Below, in pieces: positions 39,225 to 48,809 of a DNA stretch of 64,000 nucleotides. Made by a program: the position numbers and the translations under genes. The stretch covers positions 3,328,001 through 3,392,000 of the forward strand of contig OZ244621.1 of assembly GCA_965218425.1 (NCBI GenBank), in the 5' to 3' direction. How positions within the stretch are numbered: the first letter of the stretch is position 1; each line of letters starts with the position of its first letter. The DNA is from an uncultured Candidatus Binatia bacterium. GTDB taxonomy: Bacteria; Desulfobacterota; Binatia; UBA9968; CAXXLF01. The notes beneath the pieces were generated by a model. The model made no database searches, was not told where the DNA came from, and was given only the letters and a program-made list of their open reading frames with translations.

Positions 39225-40331
39225 CGTAGTGGATCAGTACATATGAGACAGGGAGGGATTTTTGGAGGATACGATGCCTCGGTCTTGGAGATATTGCAAG
39301 GGAGTTAAGTAATTAAGTGCCTGGTGGGGCCGTACCGTATTGTAGGTCCGTTCCCATTCGAGCAGTTGTTGGTTAAGAGCCTCAACGGTCCAAGCACACT
39401 GTTGGACCTCATAGAACTCCTCAGTGTGAGTACGGTTAGCCCGTTGCACAGCACCATTGAGCTTAGGACTTTTAGGCCCCACGACGAACAACCGGATGCC
39501 ATGTTGTTGGCAGTGGGTCTCAAAGTCAGAGAACAACTCTGAGCCTCCATCGACCTGAAAGGCACGTACGGCAAAGGGCATACGAGCCTTGATGGTATCG
39601 ATGAACGAGGCGGCTAGGGGGGCGCTAGCTTGACGATGAACTTTGAGTACGTCCCAGCGCGAGACCACATCGCGGGCAGTGAACTGTTTGAGGATCACGC
39701 CTGGCACGGGACCGATGTCGAGGGTGTCGATTTGAACCAGGTCGCCAGGGTAAAGGGGCTGATAGTCTTTGGGTTTACCGATAGCGTAGGGTCTTAGCTT
39801 ACGCCGTCTTTTTGTGGAGATAGCTTGGGGTTTTGGCTCTATGAGTTGTCCGCGCTGCCTGACAGAGCTGAGAATACGGCCCACGGTAGGAGCACAGACC
39901 TCAAAGCCTTCGTTTTGAAGTAGCACTACGAGTTTGTTTTTACCCCAGCGGGGATATTGCTCTGTTAAGCGTAGTATTGCCTGCTTGAGGGCCAGGGGCC
40001 ATTGGGGCTGTGTGAACCGGTGCGGTTTGCGAGAACGCTCTCGAAGGGAGCCGAGGTCGTTGGGATCAAAGCGTTGGAGCCGGAGGTAAACAGTGGGTCG
40101 GCTCAGGTCAAAAGTGCGGTAGGTAAGCTTTATGTCTTTGGTCTCCTGCCACAGAAGGAGGGCTCTAAGTCGATCGCGCTCTTTGGGCGAGAGGTTAGTG
40201 TGGAGATGACGGCAAGCCCAGTTAAATTGCCAGTTCAGTCCAAAGTAGCTCATGGAGGGGTCCTTTCTTTATACTTACAAAACCTCTCCTTTGTAGCTTA
40301 AATCTGTCTCACATGTGTTTGATCCAGTTCA
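39225..40331 (-). mobile_element. IS481-family-like insertion sequence, degenerate
   Basis: Imperfect inverted ends CGTAGTGGATCAGT-ACATATGAGACAG / TGAACTGGATCAAACACATGTGAGACAG enclosing a single transposase ORF. Confidence 0.8.
39234..40253 (-). CDS. IS481-like transposase, probably inactive
   Basis: HTH, YPRWGKNKL, VQIDT, QVDGGSEL, PKLNGAVQRANRT (Q where E is expected), YNTVRPHQAL. Confidence 0.85.
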   Translation of the reverse strand: MSYFGLNWQFNWACRHLHTNLSPKERDRLRALLLWQETKDIKLTYRTFDLSRPTVYLRLQRFDPNDLGSLRERSRKPHRFTQPQWPLALKQAILRLTEQYPRWGKNKLVVLLQNEGFEVCAPTVGRILSSVRQRGQLIEPKPQAISTKRRRKLRPYAIGKPKDYQPLYPGDLVQIDTLDIGPVPGVILKQFTARDVVSRWDVLKVHRQASAPLAASFIDTIKARMPFAVRAFQVDGGSELFSDFETHCQQHGIRLFVVGPKSPKLNGAVQRANRTHTEEFYEVQQCAWTVEALNQQLLEWERTYNTVRPHQALNYLTPLQYLQDRGIVSSKNPSLSHMY

Positions 40332-40387
40332 CGGATCGAGGTTAGCAAACCGTTTGGAATTCCTGCAAAAACAGATGCCGGTGGCCT

Positions 40388-40517
40388 TCTCGGGAGCGAG
40401 CCCTCATGTCGTGAGCAACAGGCCTGTGACTATCTGAAGCGAAACGTTCGATGCCTCCGGCCTTCATCCTCATTCTCTTCGTCGCCTTTCATAGTTCCCT
40501 ACTCAAAACTCAGCACT
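40388..40517 (-). repeat. Dispersed structured repeat, copy 4 (degenerate, partial tail)
   Basis: gcaacaggcctgtgactatctgaagcgaaacgttcgatgcc...ccttcatcctcattc...cgtcgcctttcat...actcaaaactcagcact. Confidence 0.88.
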
Positions 40518-40568
40518 ATTTACTGGTTGGATGGTGTCCCGACTCTTAGATGTGATATCTTATTAAGA

Positions 40569-40715
40569 GTGATCTACCTAGCCAACATTAAACGGCTTTT
40601 TTGCTTGTTTATCGGTCTTGTTATTTGGTCCTGCGGGTCTGGTGGGGAAGACTTTAACCAGGTTAGAAACCTCGATTCTGTTGGAAAAAATGTTATCAGT
40701 TTTGGGAACAGTTGA
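40569..40715 (+). pseudogene. 5' remnant of a GDSL/SGNH esterase lipoprotein
   Basis: Lipoprotein leader IWSC, then VRNLDSVGKNVISFGNS and a stop where FGDSLT is expected. Confidence 0.55.
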
Positions 40716-40719
40716 CAAA

Positions 40720-41488
40720 TTTCGGGTCCGTGGAGCCGAAAAGCCAGCCCAAACCCTCCCCAATGTAATTACCGTAGACCTTGATGGTCTTAATGCCGAA
40801 GACCCAACCCGCATGCAGGCCAATGGAAAGGTAAAGGGAACCGGTCCGCGTGAAGGCACAGCTCAACACGACACCTAGAAGGAATAGCCCAAAGAGCCCC
40901 GGAAAAAAACCCAGGGGATCCGAAGACGGCGCGAAGGTTTGTGCGAGATGTTTGCAGCCGGGTAAGGGGTCGAAACCCTGGATGGTGCTTGCTTGAGCAG
41001 GGGCACAAAGTGAATGGCCGAGTAGAAAAGGTTTGCCCCGATAAGTGCTCCAGAAGGATTCCCCGCAAGAACACTTCTTCCAAGAATCCCACCGTTGCTG
41101 CCGCGAAAGTCGCGCTGGCGCACCGTTGAAACCCCGCTCCCAAAGTCAGGCGGATTTCCGGCCAGAATGCGCCCGTTACGCTCATGGCCACCACCGCCAT
41201 AAAGGATATGAGCGCAAGGATAAACCCGGTAAACAAATCACGTATCCCTGACGTAGAGAGGTGAGCCCCAATTCTAAGAAAGCGCCGAAAGATGAAAAAC
41301 AGGATGATGGCGAGGACCATGAAGATGCGATTAAAAATCCGGGAGAACGGGTAGTGGACATTTTCCCAGGCCGGGATGGCTGAGCGCAGGGCCTCCCAGC
41401 CTACTGTGGCCTAGGGACTGACAAGACAGGTGAGGAAGAGCACTGCCAACAGGGAGACAAACACCCGTTGATAGGTTTTAAGGATCAT
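40720..41488 (-). pseudogene. CPBP/Abi (CAAX protease family) pseudogene
   Basis: ATG 41488, in-frame TAG 41411-41413; motifs LEEVFLRG, FYSAIHF and SIGLHAGWVF lie in different frames. Confidence 0.78.
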
Positions 41489-41596
41489 GAGTTTCTCAGG
41501 TCGCAAACGCTCAAGTAAACACAAGTTCTTAGCCCTGTCAAAAACCAGACTGCGATGTTAAAAAACCAGTATGCAGATCAGACCAGGAGGACAACC

Positions 41597-42319
41597 ATGG
41601 GGAGACTGACCGGTAAGGTCGCATTGGTAACGGGAGGAAGCCGCGGCATTGGCAAGGCCATCGCTTCGGCCTACGCGCGCGAAGGAGCCAAGGTGTTCAT
41701 CAGTGCACGTGGCAGGAAGGATTTGGAAGCTACTGTGGAAGAGATCCGTGGGGCAGGGGGCGATGCTGAATGGCAGGTGGCTGACCTGTCCAAGGCCAGG
41801 GAAGTGAAACGCCTCGTGCGAGAGGTGGTTCGTTCCTGTGGCACCATTCATGTGCTCGTCAACAACGCGAGTTTGCTTGGACCACGAGAGACCCTTGCCC
41901 GGTATCCCCTTGCGGCCTGGGAGGAAGTGGTAAGGGTGAATCTTACGGGGCTATTCGTGATCACGAAGGAAGTTCTGGGTGTGATGATCCCACGTGAGGA
42001 GGGAACCATCATCAATGTTTCTTCTGGAGTGGGTAGGGTGGGGAGGGCGAGGTGGGGTGCCTATTCTGCGTCTAAGTTTGGCGTGGAGGGATTCACCCAG
42101 ATCTTAGCGGAGGAAGTGAAAAAGGGAAACATTCGGGTCAACGCCGTGAACCCAGGAGGCACAAGGACTGAGATGCGCGCCGAAGCCTACCCCGATGAGG
42201 ATCTCATGACTCTACCGCACCCGGATGAGATTACGCAAGTGTTTGTTTACCTGGCCACGGGAGAATCGGAAGGGGTAACGGGCAAATCCTTTGACGCAAG
42301 GGACTGGCTGAAAAAATGA
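41597..42319 (+). CDS. Short-chain dehydrogenase/reductase (YciK-like)
   Basis: TGGSRGIG, NNAS, WGAYSASK, NPGGTRTEMRAEAYP. Confidence 0.92.
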   Translation: MGRLTGKVALVTGGSRGIGKAIASAYAREGAKVFISARGRKDLEATVEEIRGAGGDAEWQVADLSKAREVKRLVREVVRSCGTIHVLVNNASLLGPRETLARYPLAAWEEVVRVNLTGLFVITKEVLGVMIPREEGTIINVSSGVGRVGRARWGAYSASKFGVEGFTQILAEEVKKGNIRVNAVNPGGTRTEMRAEAYPDEDLMTLPHPDEITQVFVYLATGESEGVTGKSFDARDWLKK

Positions 42320-42434
42320 TGGACGTATATTGGGGGATGGTTAGGGTCGAAAAGAAAGTGATTTGCGATGAATGTTTTGCCCTCGCCAACTGATGACTCG
42401 TTCGATGAGGAGATCATGGGCTCGGGAGCTTGTC

Positions 42435-42590
42435 CGAAGTGAGGAACGGGTTACGAGTGTTGAGTACTGAGTGGGGAAGAATGAAAGTCGACGTAGGGAA
42501 TGAGGATGAAGGGCGTGGGCATCGAACGCTCATCTTCAGATATTCACTGACCTATTGCCCACGGCCTGACGGCTCGCTCTCCGAGAGAGC
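42435..42590 (+). repeat. Dispersed structured repeat, copy 5 (opposite orientation, full tail)
   Basis: cgaagtgag-(7-mers)-atgaaagtcgacgtagggaatgaggatgaagggcgtgggcatcgaacg...tgcccacggcctgacggctcgctctccgag. Confidence 0.9.
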
Positions 42591-42808
42591 TCAATAGCCT
42601 CGGTTAGAGTGGCAACGAGAGTCCGGCAGAGTGACGGAAGTCGCCAAAGCCATGAGTTACCGCAATGGAGAGTGTGCAATGGCCGTCTCCGTGACGGGCA
42701 GCCTAGATTCCGTTGACACTTGTGTTCGTCCTCTGCTATGGGTCGGACGAAGGATGATCTGGAAGGACTCAACGGAATGAGAAAGAATAACTCTCAGGGG
42801 GACTGCCC

Positions 42809-43552
42809 GTGAGCGAGGTTGCCATAGTAACCGGAGGAGGCAACGGGATTGGCCGTTCAGTGTGTCTCCGCTTTGCTCAGGCGGGGATAGCACTCGCCAT
42901 TGTGGACCGTGATTTGAAAGGGGCACAGGCCGCGCGTGACGAGGTCAAGCGTACTGGCGGCAACGCCGATGCCTATGGGTTGGATGTCAGGAATTCGGGC
43001 GAGATCAAAAAAGTTGTGGATGAAATAGCGGGTCGGTACGGGAAGATCGATATCCTTGCAAATATCGCCGGCGGTAGCTTTTACCAGAAGCGGATCGAGG
43101 AGTTCAACTGGAGCCACTGGAAAGAAGTGGTGGATATCAATCTTAAAGGGACCTTCCTTTGTTGCCGCGAAGTGGGCCGCGTAATGGTTAAGCAGGAGAA
43201 GGGCCGCATCGTCAATACCGCATCCAATTATGGGATCACGGGCAGTGCTACGCGCACTCCCTATGCCGCGGCTAAGGCCGGTATCATCGGGTTCAGTAAG
43301 TCCCTGGCCATGGAACTGGCGCCCCACGGTGTTTTGGTCAATGTCATTGCCCCCGGTCCGACGGATACCCCCATGGTTATGTCCAGAACCACACCGGAGG
43401 CCCGCCTTGAATGGGCGCAAAGAGAGATACCCTTTGGACGGACAGGAAAACCGGAAGATATCGCCGAGGGAGTCTATTTTCTTGTGGGGCCGGAGAGTGC
43501 ATACATGACAGGCCAGACCCTTCATGTGAACGGCGGTCTGGTGATGGTGTAG
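42809..43552 (+). CDS. Short-chain dehydrogenase/reductase (FabG-like)
   Basis: TGGGNGIG, YAAAK, APGPTDT. Confidence 0.92.
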   Translation: MSEVAIVTGGGNGIGRSVCLRFAQAGIALAIVDRDLKGAQAARDEVKRTGGNADAYGLDVRNSGEIKKVVDEIAGRYGKIDILANIAGGSFYQKRIEEFNWSHWKEVVDINLKGTFLCCREVGRVMVKQEKGRIVNTASNYGITGSATRTPYAAAKAGIIGFSKSLAMELAPHGVLVNVIAPGPTDTPMVMSRTTPEARLEWAQREIPFGRTGKPEDIAEGVYFLVGPESAYMTGQTLHVNGGLVMV

Positions 43553-43557
43553 ATATC

Positions 43558-44304
43558 ATGAGGCTCAAAGGAAAAGTCGCTGTCATAACCGGGGCCGCCC
43601 AGGGATTCGGGCGATCCATCGCCCTGAGTTTTGCCCAAGAGGGGGCGAGGCTCGTGCTCGCGGACGTCAAGGATGACGGGATCAAAGGCGTCAGTGGAGA
43701 GGTTGTTGCCGCGGGGGCTGAGGCGCTGGCGGTGCGAGCCAACGTTGCGGATGAAGCCTCGATCCTAAACTTAAAAGATCAGACTCTTAGCCGCTTCGGC
43801 GGGGTTGATATCCTGGTCAACAACGCGGGGATCTACCCCCATTCTGACACGTTGGAGATGGCCGAGGAGGAATGGGATCGGGTCCTCCAAACGAATCTGG
43901 GGGGAAACTTTCTCTGCTCGCACGCGTTTGTGCCCCAGATGCGTACTCAGAAGGGCGGCCGCATCATCAGCATCGCCTCAGCCATTGCCTACAAGGGAGC
44001 AAAAGGCGGATCTCACTATGCCGCCTCTAAGGCCGCCATCGTGGGCTTTGTGAAATCCCTGGCCCGCGAGTTGGCGCCCGACGGCATTACCGTCAATTCC
44101 ATTTGCCCGGGCATTGCAGATACGGCGTTGCCTAGAAGCCATCGCACGGTAGAAGAGCTATACGCCAGGGCGAAGGATGTACCATTGGGACGAATTGCGC
44201 AAACCGAGGATATCGCCCGGGTAGCAACTTTTCTGGCCACGGATTCCGCCTCATACATTACGGGTCAGGCGCTGGTGGTGGATGGAGGTACCCTGATGTT
44301 GTGA
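43558..44304 (+). CDS. Short-chain dehydrogenase/reductase (FabG-like)
   Basis: TGAAQGFG, NNAG, YAASK; ATG at 43558. Confidence 0.92.
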   Translation: MRLKGKVAVITGAAQGFGRSIALSFAQEGARLVLADVKDDGIKGVSGEVVAAGAEALAVRANVADEASILNLKDQTLSRFGGVDILVNNAGIYPHSDTLEMAEEEWDRVLQTNLGGNFLCSHAFVPQMRTQKGGRIISIASAIAYKGAKGGSHYAASKAAIVGFVKSLARELAPDGITVNSICPGIADTALPRSHRTVEELYARAKDVPLGRIAQTEDIARVATFLATDSASYITGQALVVDGGTLML

Positions 44305-44310
44305 GGCGTG

Positions 44311-45621
44311 CTAGCCTCCAATGAGTATGCTCCCTTCGTCGAAGAAGGTTCCCGCCACCGCCGCTGTCATTAAACATCCTAGAGTTGCTGCCAAAAGTGC
44401 TCGGAATCCCAATTCAGAGAGATCTTTGGTGCGTTTTGGGGCCAGGGCGGCGATACCACCCACGAATATCGCCAACGAAGCCACGTGGGCAAATCCGCAT
44501 AGCGCGTAGGTTGCAATCACTGCTGAGCGTGGGTGTTTTAAGACATCTTGAGCCAACAACCTGGCCAGATCCTGATACGACTGAACTTCGGTCAATACGG
44601 TGCGCTCGCCAATGATCCTGGCAATGGGCGCGGCATCTGACGGCGGAATACCGATGACCAGGGTAAATGGATAAAAGAGATAGCCAAGTAACCCCCGTAA
44701 AGAAAAATCCACTTTCCAGTCGAACCAGCCGTTGATCCAGCCTCCCGCCACCCCCAACAATAAATCAATCAACGCCACCAACCCGAGAAAGGCGAGCAAC
44801 AAGGCCACAATCCCCACCAAGAGCCGGACGCCGCTGTTGGCTCCGTTGATAATGGCCTCGATGAGGTTGCTTTCGCGTTCATAGTGCGGCTCGACGTTGA
44901 TCCCTAGAGTCGTCGGTACGCCATCTTCCGGCATTACGATCTTGGACATCACCACCGCTCCCGGGGCAGCAAGTATAGAGGCAGAAACGAGATGGCCTGC
45001 AATGGTGGGAAACTCTGATTGCAGTATGAAGACATAGAGAGCCAACATGCTGGAGGCGATGGTGCCCATTCCCGCCGCAAGAATGGTGCACAACTCAGAG
45101 CGGGTCATCTCATTCAGGTGGGGCCGGATGGTGAGTGACGATTCAATGCCTACGAAGATATTACTTGAAACACACAATGACTCTGCACCGCTTAACTTCA
45201 TCAGCCGTGTGAAGATTTGGGCGAATCCGCGAATGAGCCATGGAATCACCCTGAGATAATAGAGAGCCCCCACCAGAGCAGCAAAAAAAATAACCGTGGG
45301 TAATGCCTGGAACGCCAGAATAAATCCCAGAGAGGGTTCTCCTGACTCATTGACCGTGCCCGGGGGGAGAGCCAGGCGACCGAAGAGGAATTTCGTCCCT
45401 GCCGTGGCGCTATCCAGGACTTTTACCACCACATTGTTTATAAAAAGGAAGGCTCGCGCCCCAGCGGGAACCTGAAAGATAAAGAGGGCGAACAAAAATT
45501 GTAATCCAATCCCCCAAAGGATAAGTTGCCAGTTCAAAATCCTTCGATTATTGGAGCAAAGCCAGGCGAATCCCAGCAGGATAAAGATCCCAGCTAGACT
45601 AACAAAGTTGTACGATTCCAT
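44311..45621 (-). CDS. Concentrative nucleoside transporter (NupC/CNT family)
   Basis: FAFQALPTVIFF-type segment, GAESL...NIFVGIES, MTRSEL, YALCGFAH. Confidence 0.92.
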   Translation of the reverse strand: MESYNFVSLAGIFILLGFAWLCSNNRRILNWQLILWGIGLQFLFALFIFQVPAGARAFLFINNVVVKVLDSATAGTKFLFGRLALPPGTVNESGEPSLGFILAFQALPTVIFFAALVGALYYLRVIPWLIRGFAQIFTRLMKLSGAESLCVSSNIFVGIESSLTIRPHLNEMTRSELCTILAAGMGTIASSMLALYVFILQSEFPTIAGHLVSASILAAPGAVVMSKIVMPEDGVPTTLGINVEPHYERESNLIEAIINGANSGVRLLVGIVALLLAFLGLVALIDLLLGVAGGWINGWFDWKVDFSLRGLLGYLFYPFTLVIGIPPSDAAPIARIIGERTVLTEVQSYQDLARLLAQDVLKHPRSAVIATYALCGFAHVASLAIFVGGIAALAPKRTKDLSELGFRALLAATLGCLMTAAVAGTFFDEGSILIGG

Positions 45622-45737
45622 TGGGAAGCCACAGGAGCCGCTAAGGGTCCAAGAATATTGATTTGTAGCATTTGTCTTGGAAGGAGGGCAATGATTATTT
45701 TTCGGTTCACTTGCCAGCAAGGGTTTGGGTTTTAATC

Positions 45738-45970
45738 ATGACGACACAGTTACTCCTGGTTCTCGGGTCAATTGCCCTGCTCGACAGTCCTCTTTGGTCT
45801 TCTATAACCTCATGTTTGTTTTGCCCCTGGTCTGTCTCATCATCATAAGGATGCACCTTGGAAGGGACAGCGAACTCGTGTTTCAACGGGTAGCACAATT
45901 CTCAGAACTCTGGGGCAGACGATTGATTGTGTCAATATTATTTCTGGTGGGGGATCGCCCTGCTAGTTGA
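45738..45970 (+). pseudogene. Remnant of a GAP/Sap-like membrane protein with internal deletion
   Basis: MTTQLLLVLGSIALLDS joined out of frame to LVFYNLMFVLPLVCLIIIR...WGRRLIVSILFLVG. Confidence 0.45.
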
Positions 45971-46056
45971 CGGTATCGGGTGGTTCCTGGGGTACCCGAT
46001 ACTACCCGTGGGTTAGTTGTGGGGCGAATCACCGAAGCGTTGAAAGGATGCATTCA

Positions 46057-46161
46057 ATGAACCTTCCGGAGGCAAAAATCGTTGATCTTGGGGTGACGGA
46101 GATTACCTATCGGGAAATGGGGTACGGGCCGGCGCTGAGATGTCCTAGCCCATTTCCTTGA
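46057..46161 (+). pseudogene. Possible 5' remnant of an alpha/beta hydrolase
   Basis: MNLPEAKIVDLGVTEITYREMGYGPAL, after which similarity is lost. Confidence 0.4.
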
Positions 46162-46321
46162 TGCACTTTCGATGGAACTGAGGCGAATGAACTCTTGTCT
46201 GGGTCAGTTTTTGGCTCAAGTGGGTTGAGGTTTGGAATCAGGGGTCAAATTCAACCGCTCGAATCCGCGGTGCGGGCCTGGCGGGTATGGCCTTTTGTCA
46301 GAATTATGTTAAACTTTCTTA

Positions 46322-46576
46322 ATGATTAGCCCAGCGGAAATAGAGGCGGCCCTGCAAAAGGCTCTGACACAACCAACCGTTAACGTTCAGGATCTCACTG
46401 GCGGTGGCGACCACTTTCAGGTGTTGGTGATTTCGTCTTCTTTCGAAGGAAAAAAGTTGGTGGAACAACACCAGTTGGTTTACGCTGCTCTTGAAGAGGC
46501 CCTGGGGAGCGAACGCATCCACGCCCTGGCCCTAAAGACCATGACGCCGGGGGAGTGGGATCGATTAGGTTCGTAA
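46322..46576 (+). CDS. BolA/IbaG family protein
   Basis: DLTGGGDHF...FEGKKLVEQHQLVY...IHALALKT. Confidence 0.92.
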   Translation: MISPAEIEAALQKALTQPTVNVQDLTGGGDHFQVLVISSSFEGKKLVEQHQLVYAALEEALGSERIHALALKTMTPGEWDRLGS

Positions 46577-46675
46577 CGTTAAGCTTCCCCGGCATTTCAA
46601 GTCCCTTTTCAGATCACCGCTACGAACTGGATGTGGCTGTTAGTCCGCACCGGTAAACCTTTGCCGAGAACTATA

Positions 46676-47248
46676 CTAGGGAAGGTGTGAGAAGAGATCG
46701 CTAAAATTGTGAATCCTCATCACCGCAGGATGGTTAAACGACCGGTTGTAGGGGCGGTGAGGCATCAGGACCAGAGCCTTGGTCTTTTCTGCCACGTCCT
46801 GACAGTTCTCGTAGCGGTCATCCATGAAAAACTGGATTCCCAGGCTCTCCACCAATTCTGCCTTGCTTTCGTTGGTGAAATGGATCACCGGTCGGCTGAC
46901 GCCATGCCTTTTGAGCCATTCGGACGTGACTCCGTGAATATCATAGGTGTCCCGTACATAACGATGAGTGACAAAGAACAGGCGCCTCTCGACGCTAAGG
47001 CTCTCCAGCTTGCTCCACTCCTTTGGCGTAATGAGGGAGGACATGCCCTGCCAAAAGACCGGGTCGTAGGAGACCTCCTCCAAACACTCCCGGACCAGCT
47101 CATCGGATAGAACCGGGTGTTCCGAAAAGTTAAAATCCGTGATGGAGTCGGCGTGAATGGGTCCGTTACCAGTCTTCTCTTCCAAACGTAGCAAAAATGG
47201 AGAGAGGAAATCCGCAAGCACACCGTCAATATCGAGCCCCACAATCAT
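46676..47248 (-). CDS. HAD superfamily 5'(3')-nucleotidase-like protein
   Basis: GLDIDGVLADF, FVTHR, FFMDD, PYN. Confidence 0.85.
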   Translation of the reverse strand: MIVGLDIDGVLADFLSPFLLRLEEKTGNGPIHADSITDFNFSEHPVLSDELVRECLEEVSYDPVFWQGMSSLITPKEWSKLESLSVERRLFFVTHRYVRDTYDIHGVTSEWLKRHGVSRPVIHFTNESKAELVESLGIQFFMDDRYENCQDVAEKTKALVLMPHRPYNRSFNHPAVMRIHNFSDLFSHLP

Positions 47249-47395
47249 GCGGTTTACTTTACGTAAAATCCTAAAAAGCGTCAATGGGAACGGCAGTGGA
47301 GCCCACAACGGCGATGGTTGATAAGGGACGAATCTTTGATACAGAAAATCTGAGTGGTAGAACAGTTAGGATTTAACATCCGAAGGGAGAGCCCC

Positions 47396-47890
47396 ATGCC
47401 GGACCAACCAGATGTACTGAAGGACAAGATCCAACGCTACACAGCGACTTTTCGAACAAGGGTTCCGGACTGGGACGCTTTTGCTGATGCAAGGGTTCCA
47501 GGTTACCGGCGTGCACAGATGCGATTCATTGGGGCCGGAGCTTCGGGAAAGCAGGACATGAACACTATCCCCCCGAATAACTTCACCTTGAGTATCATGT
47601 ATGTGCCTGTGGGGGAGGGCAACGCCCCGCACACACATGAGGTGGAAGAGGTATTTTTTGTGCTGCAAGGTCATCTCACGGTTTTTATGGAGGATGGAAA
47701 GGGACAGCGGGTGGAGACTACGTTGGGGCCATGGGACTGTATCCTCTGCCCAGAAAATGTAATTCACGGTTATCAGAACAAGGGGCTTGAACCCATCTAT
47801 ATGCAGGTTATGCTGGGTCGGGGGAGTCCGGACCTCATGTCTTATCAGGATCCCGGATTGCAGAAACGGCGCAATGAACACCTCCAATGA
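47396..47890 (+). CDS. Cupin domain protein
   Basis: APHTHEVEEVFFVLQG...IHGYQN. Confidence 0.85.
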   Translation: MPDQPDVLKDKIQRYTATFRTRVPDWDAFADARVPGYRRAQMRFIGAGASGKQDMNTIPPNNFTLSIMYVPVGEGNAPHTHEVEEVFFVLQGHLTVFMEDGKGQRVETTLGPWDCILCPENVIHGYQNKGLEPIYMQVMLGRGSPDLMSYQDPGLQKRRNEHLQ

Positions 47891-48045
47891 ATACAATTTT
47901 CCCATACATGGCCGTGCGATAGAGACGGTGAGCTAGGTCGTTTTGTTCTCTTGATACGAGGAAAACCATCACACAGTATGGATGGAAGGGAACGAGCCCT
48001 GACGGATGTGGGCATTGAGCGTAAGGGTCGAACGGTTTCTTGGTC

Positions 48046-48735
48046 ATGAATTCAAAGAGATTTGTTCAACCCCGTTTTAATTCTCAGAGACACCCTCTGG
48101 TGGCTGTCGATTTGGTCATTTATACCTTGGCCAAGAGGTCTTTGCAGTGTCTCCTAGTGCAAGTGAAGGAAGGTCCCTTTGCCAATTTGTGGGCTTTTCC
48201 TGGGGGCCTTGTTGGGTCAGGAGAATCCCTTGATGAGGCAGCCCTGAGGGAGCTTCAAGAGCGCACCGGTCTTAAGAAGGTCTATCTAGAGCAGCTCTAT
48301 ACCTTTGGAAAGCCCGAGAGGGACCCCCGGATGCGGGTGGTCTCGGTATCCTACCTGGCCCTGGTGCCTCATCGGAAAGTGAAGGTAAAGCCAGCGGATA
48401 AATACGCTGAAGTGCAATGGTTCCCGGTCATCCAACTGCCGCCCTTGGCCTATGATCACAGTCAAGTGGCCAACCTGGCAATGGATCGGCTCCACACAAA
48501 ACTCCAGTATACGAATATTGTCTTTAGCCTGCTGCCACCGGAGTTTACATTGGGTGAGCTACAGGAAGTTTACGAGATCATCCTGCATCGAGCTCTGGAT
48601 AGGCGTAACTTTAGAAAGAAGATACTAGCCCTGGGGCTTCTCAATCCGTTACCGAGGGTCAGACGTGGAGCTCATCGGCCGGCCTCTCTCTACGCCTTTA
48701 AGCGTAACCGACCCATGGTAGTGGAAATGCTATAA
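48046..48735 (+). CDS. nrtR: NrtR family Nudix transcriptional regulator
   Basis: WAFPGG...AALRELQERTG, LEQLYTFG, RDPR, LAYDH, winged HTH FTLGEL...DRRNFRKK...HRPASLY. Confidence 0.88.
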   Translation: MNSKRFVQPRFNSQRHPLVAVDLVIYTLAKRSLQCLLVQVKEGPFANLWAFPGGLVGSGESLDEAALRELQERTGLKKVYLEQLYTFGKPERDPRMRVVSVSYLALVPHRKVKVKPADKYAEVQWFPVIQLPPLAYDHSQVANLAMDRLHTKLQYTNIVFSLLPPEFTLGELQEVYEIILHRALDRRNFRKKILALGLLNPLPRVRRGAHRPASLYAFKRNRPMVVEML

Positions 48736-48809
48736 CCCCGATCCGATAAATTATCAATAAGCTCATTCGTATCTAAACAAGTAAATCAACCGGTCACCCT
48801 CGGCGCGAG

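Noticed and set aside
42660..42800. Glycine riboswitch (GGAGAG ... CTCTCAGG)
   Set aside because: The CCGAAG core and P2/P3 pairing are missing, and the gcv operon is far away.
42857..43525. Long antisense ORFs (also 9780-10337, 30582-31073, 47366-47905, 61630-62118)
   Set aside because: They lie opposite well-supported genes and have no recognisable motifs; they are shadow frames.
47950..47975. LDTRKT, a NadC-like motif just upstream of nrtR
   Set aside because: Only six residues with no flanking similarity; could be chance.
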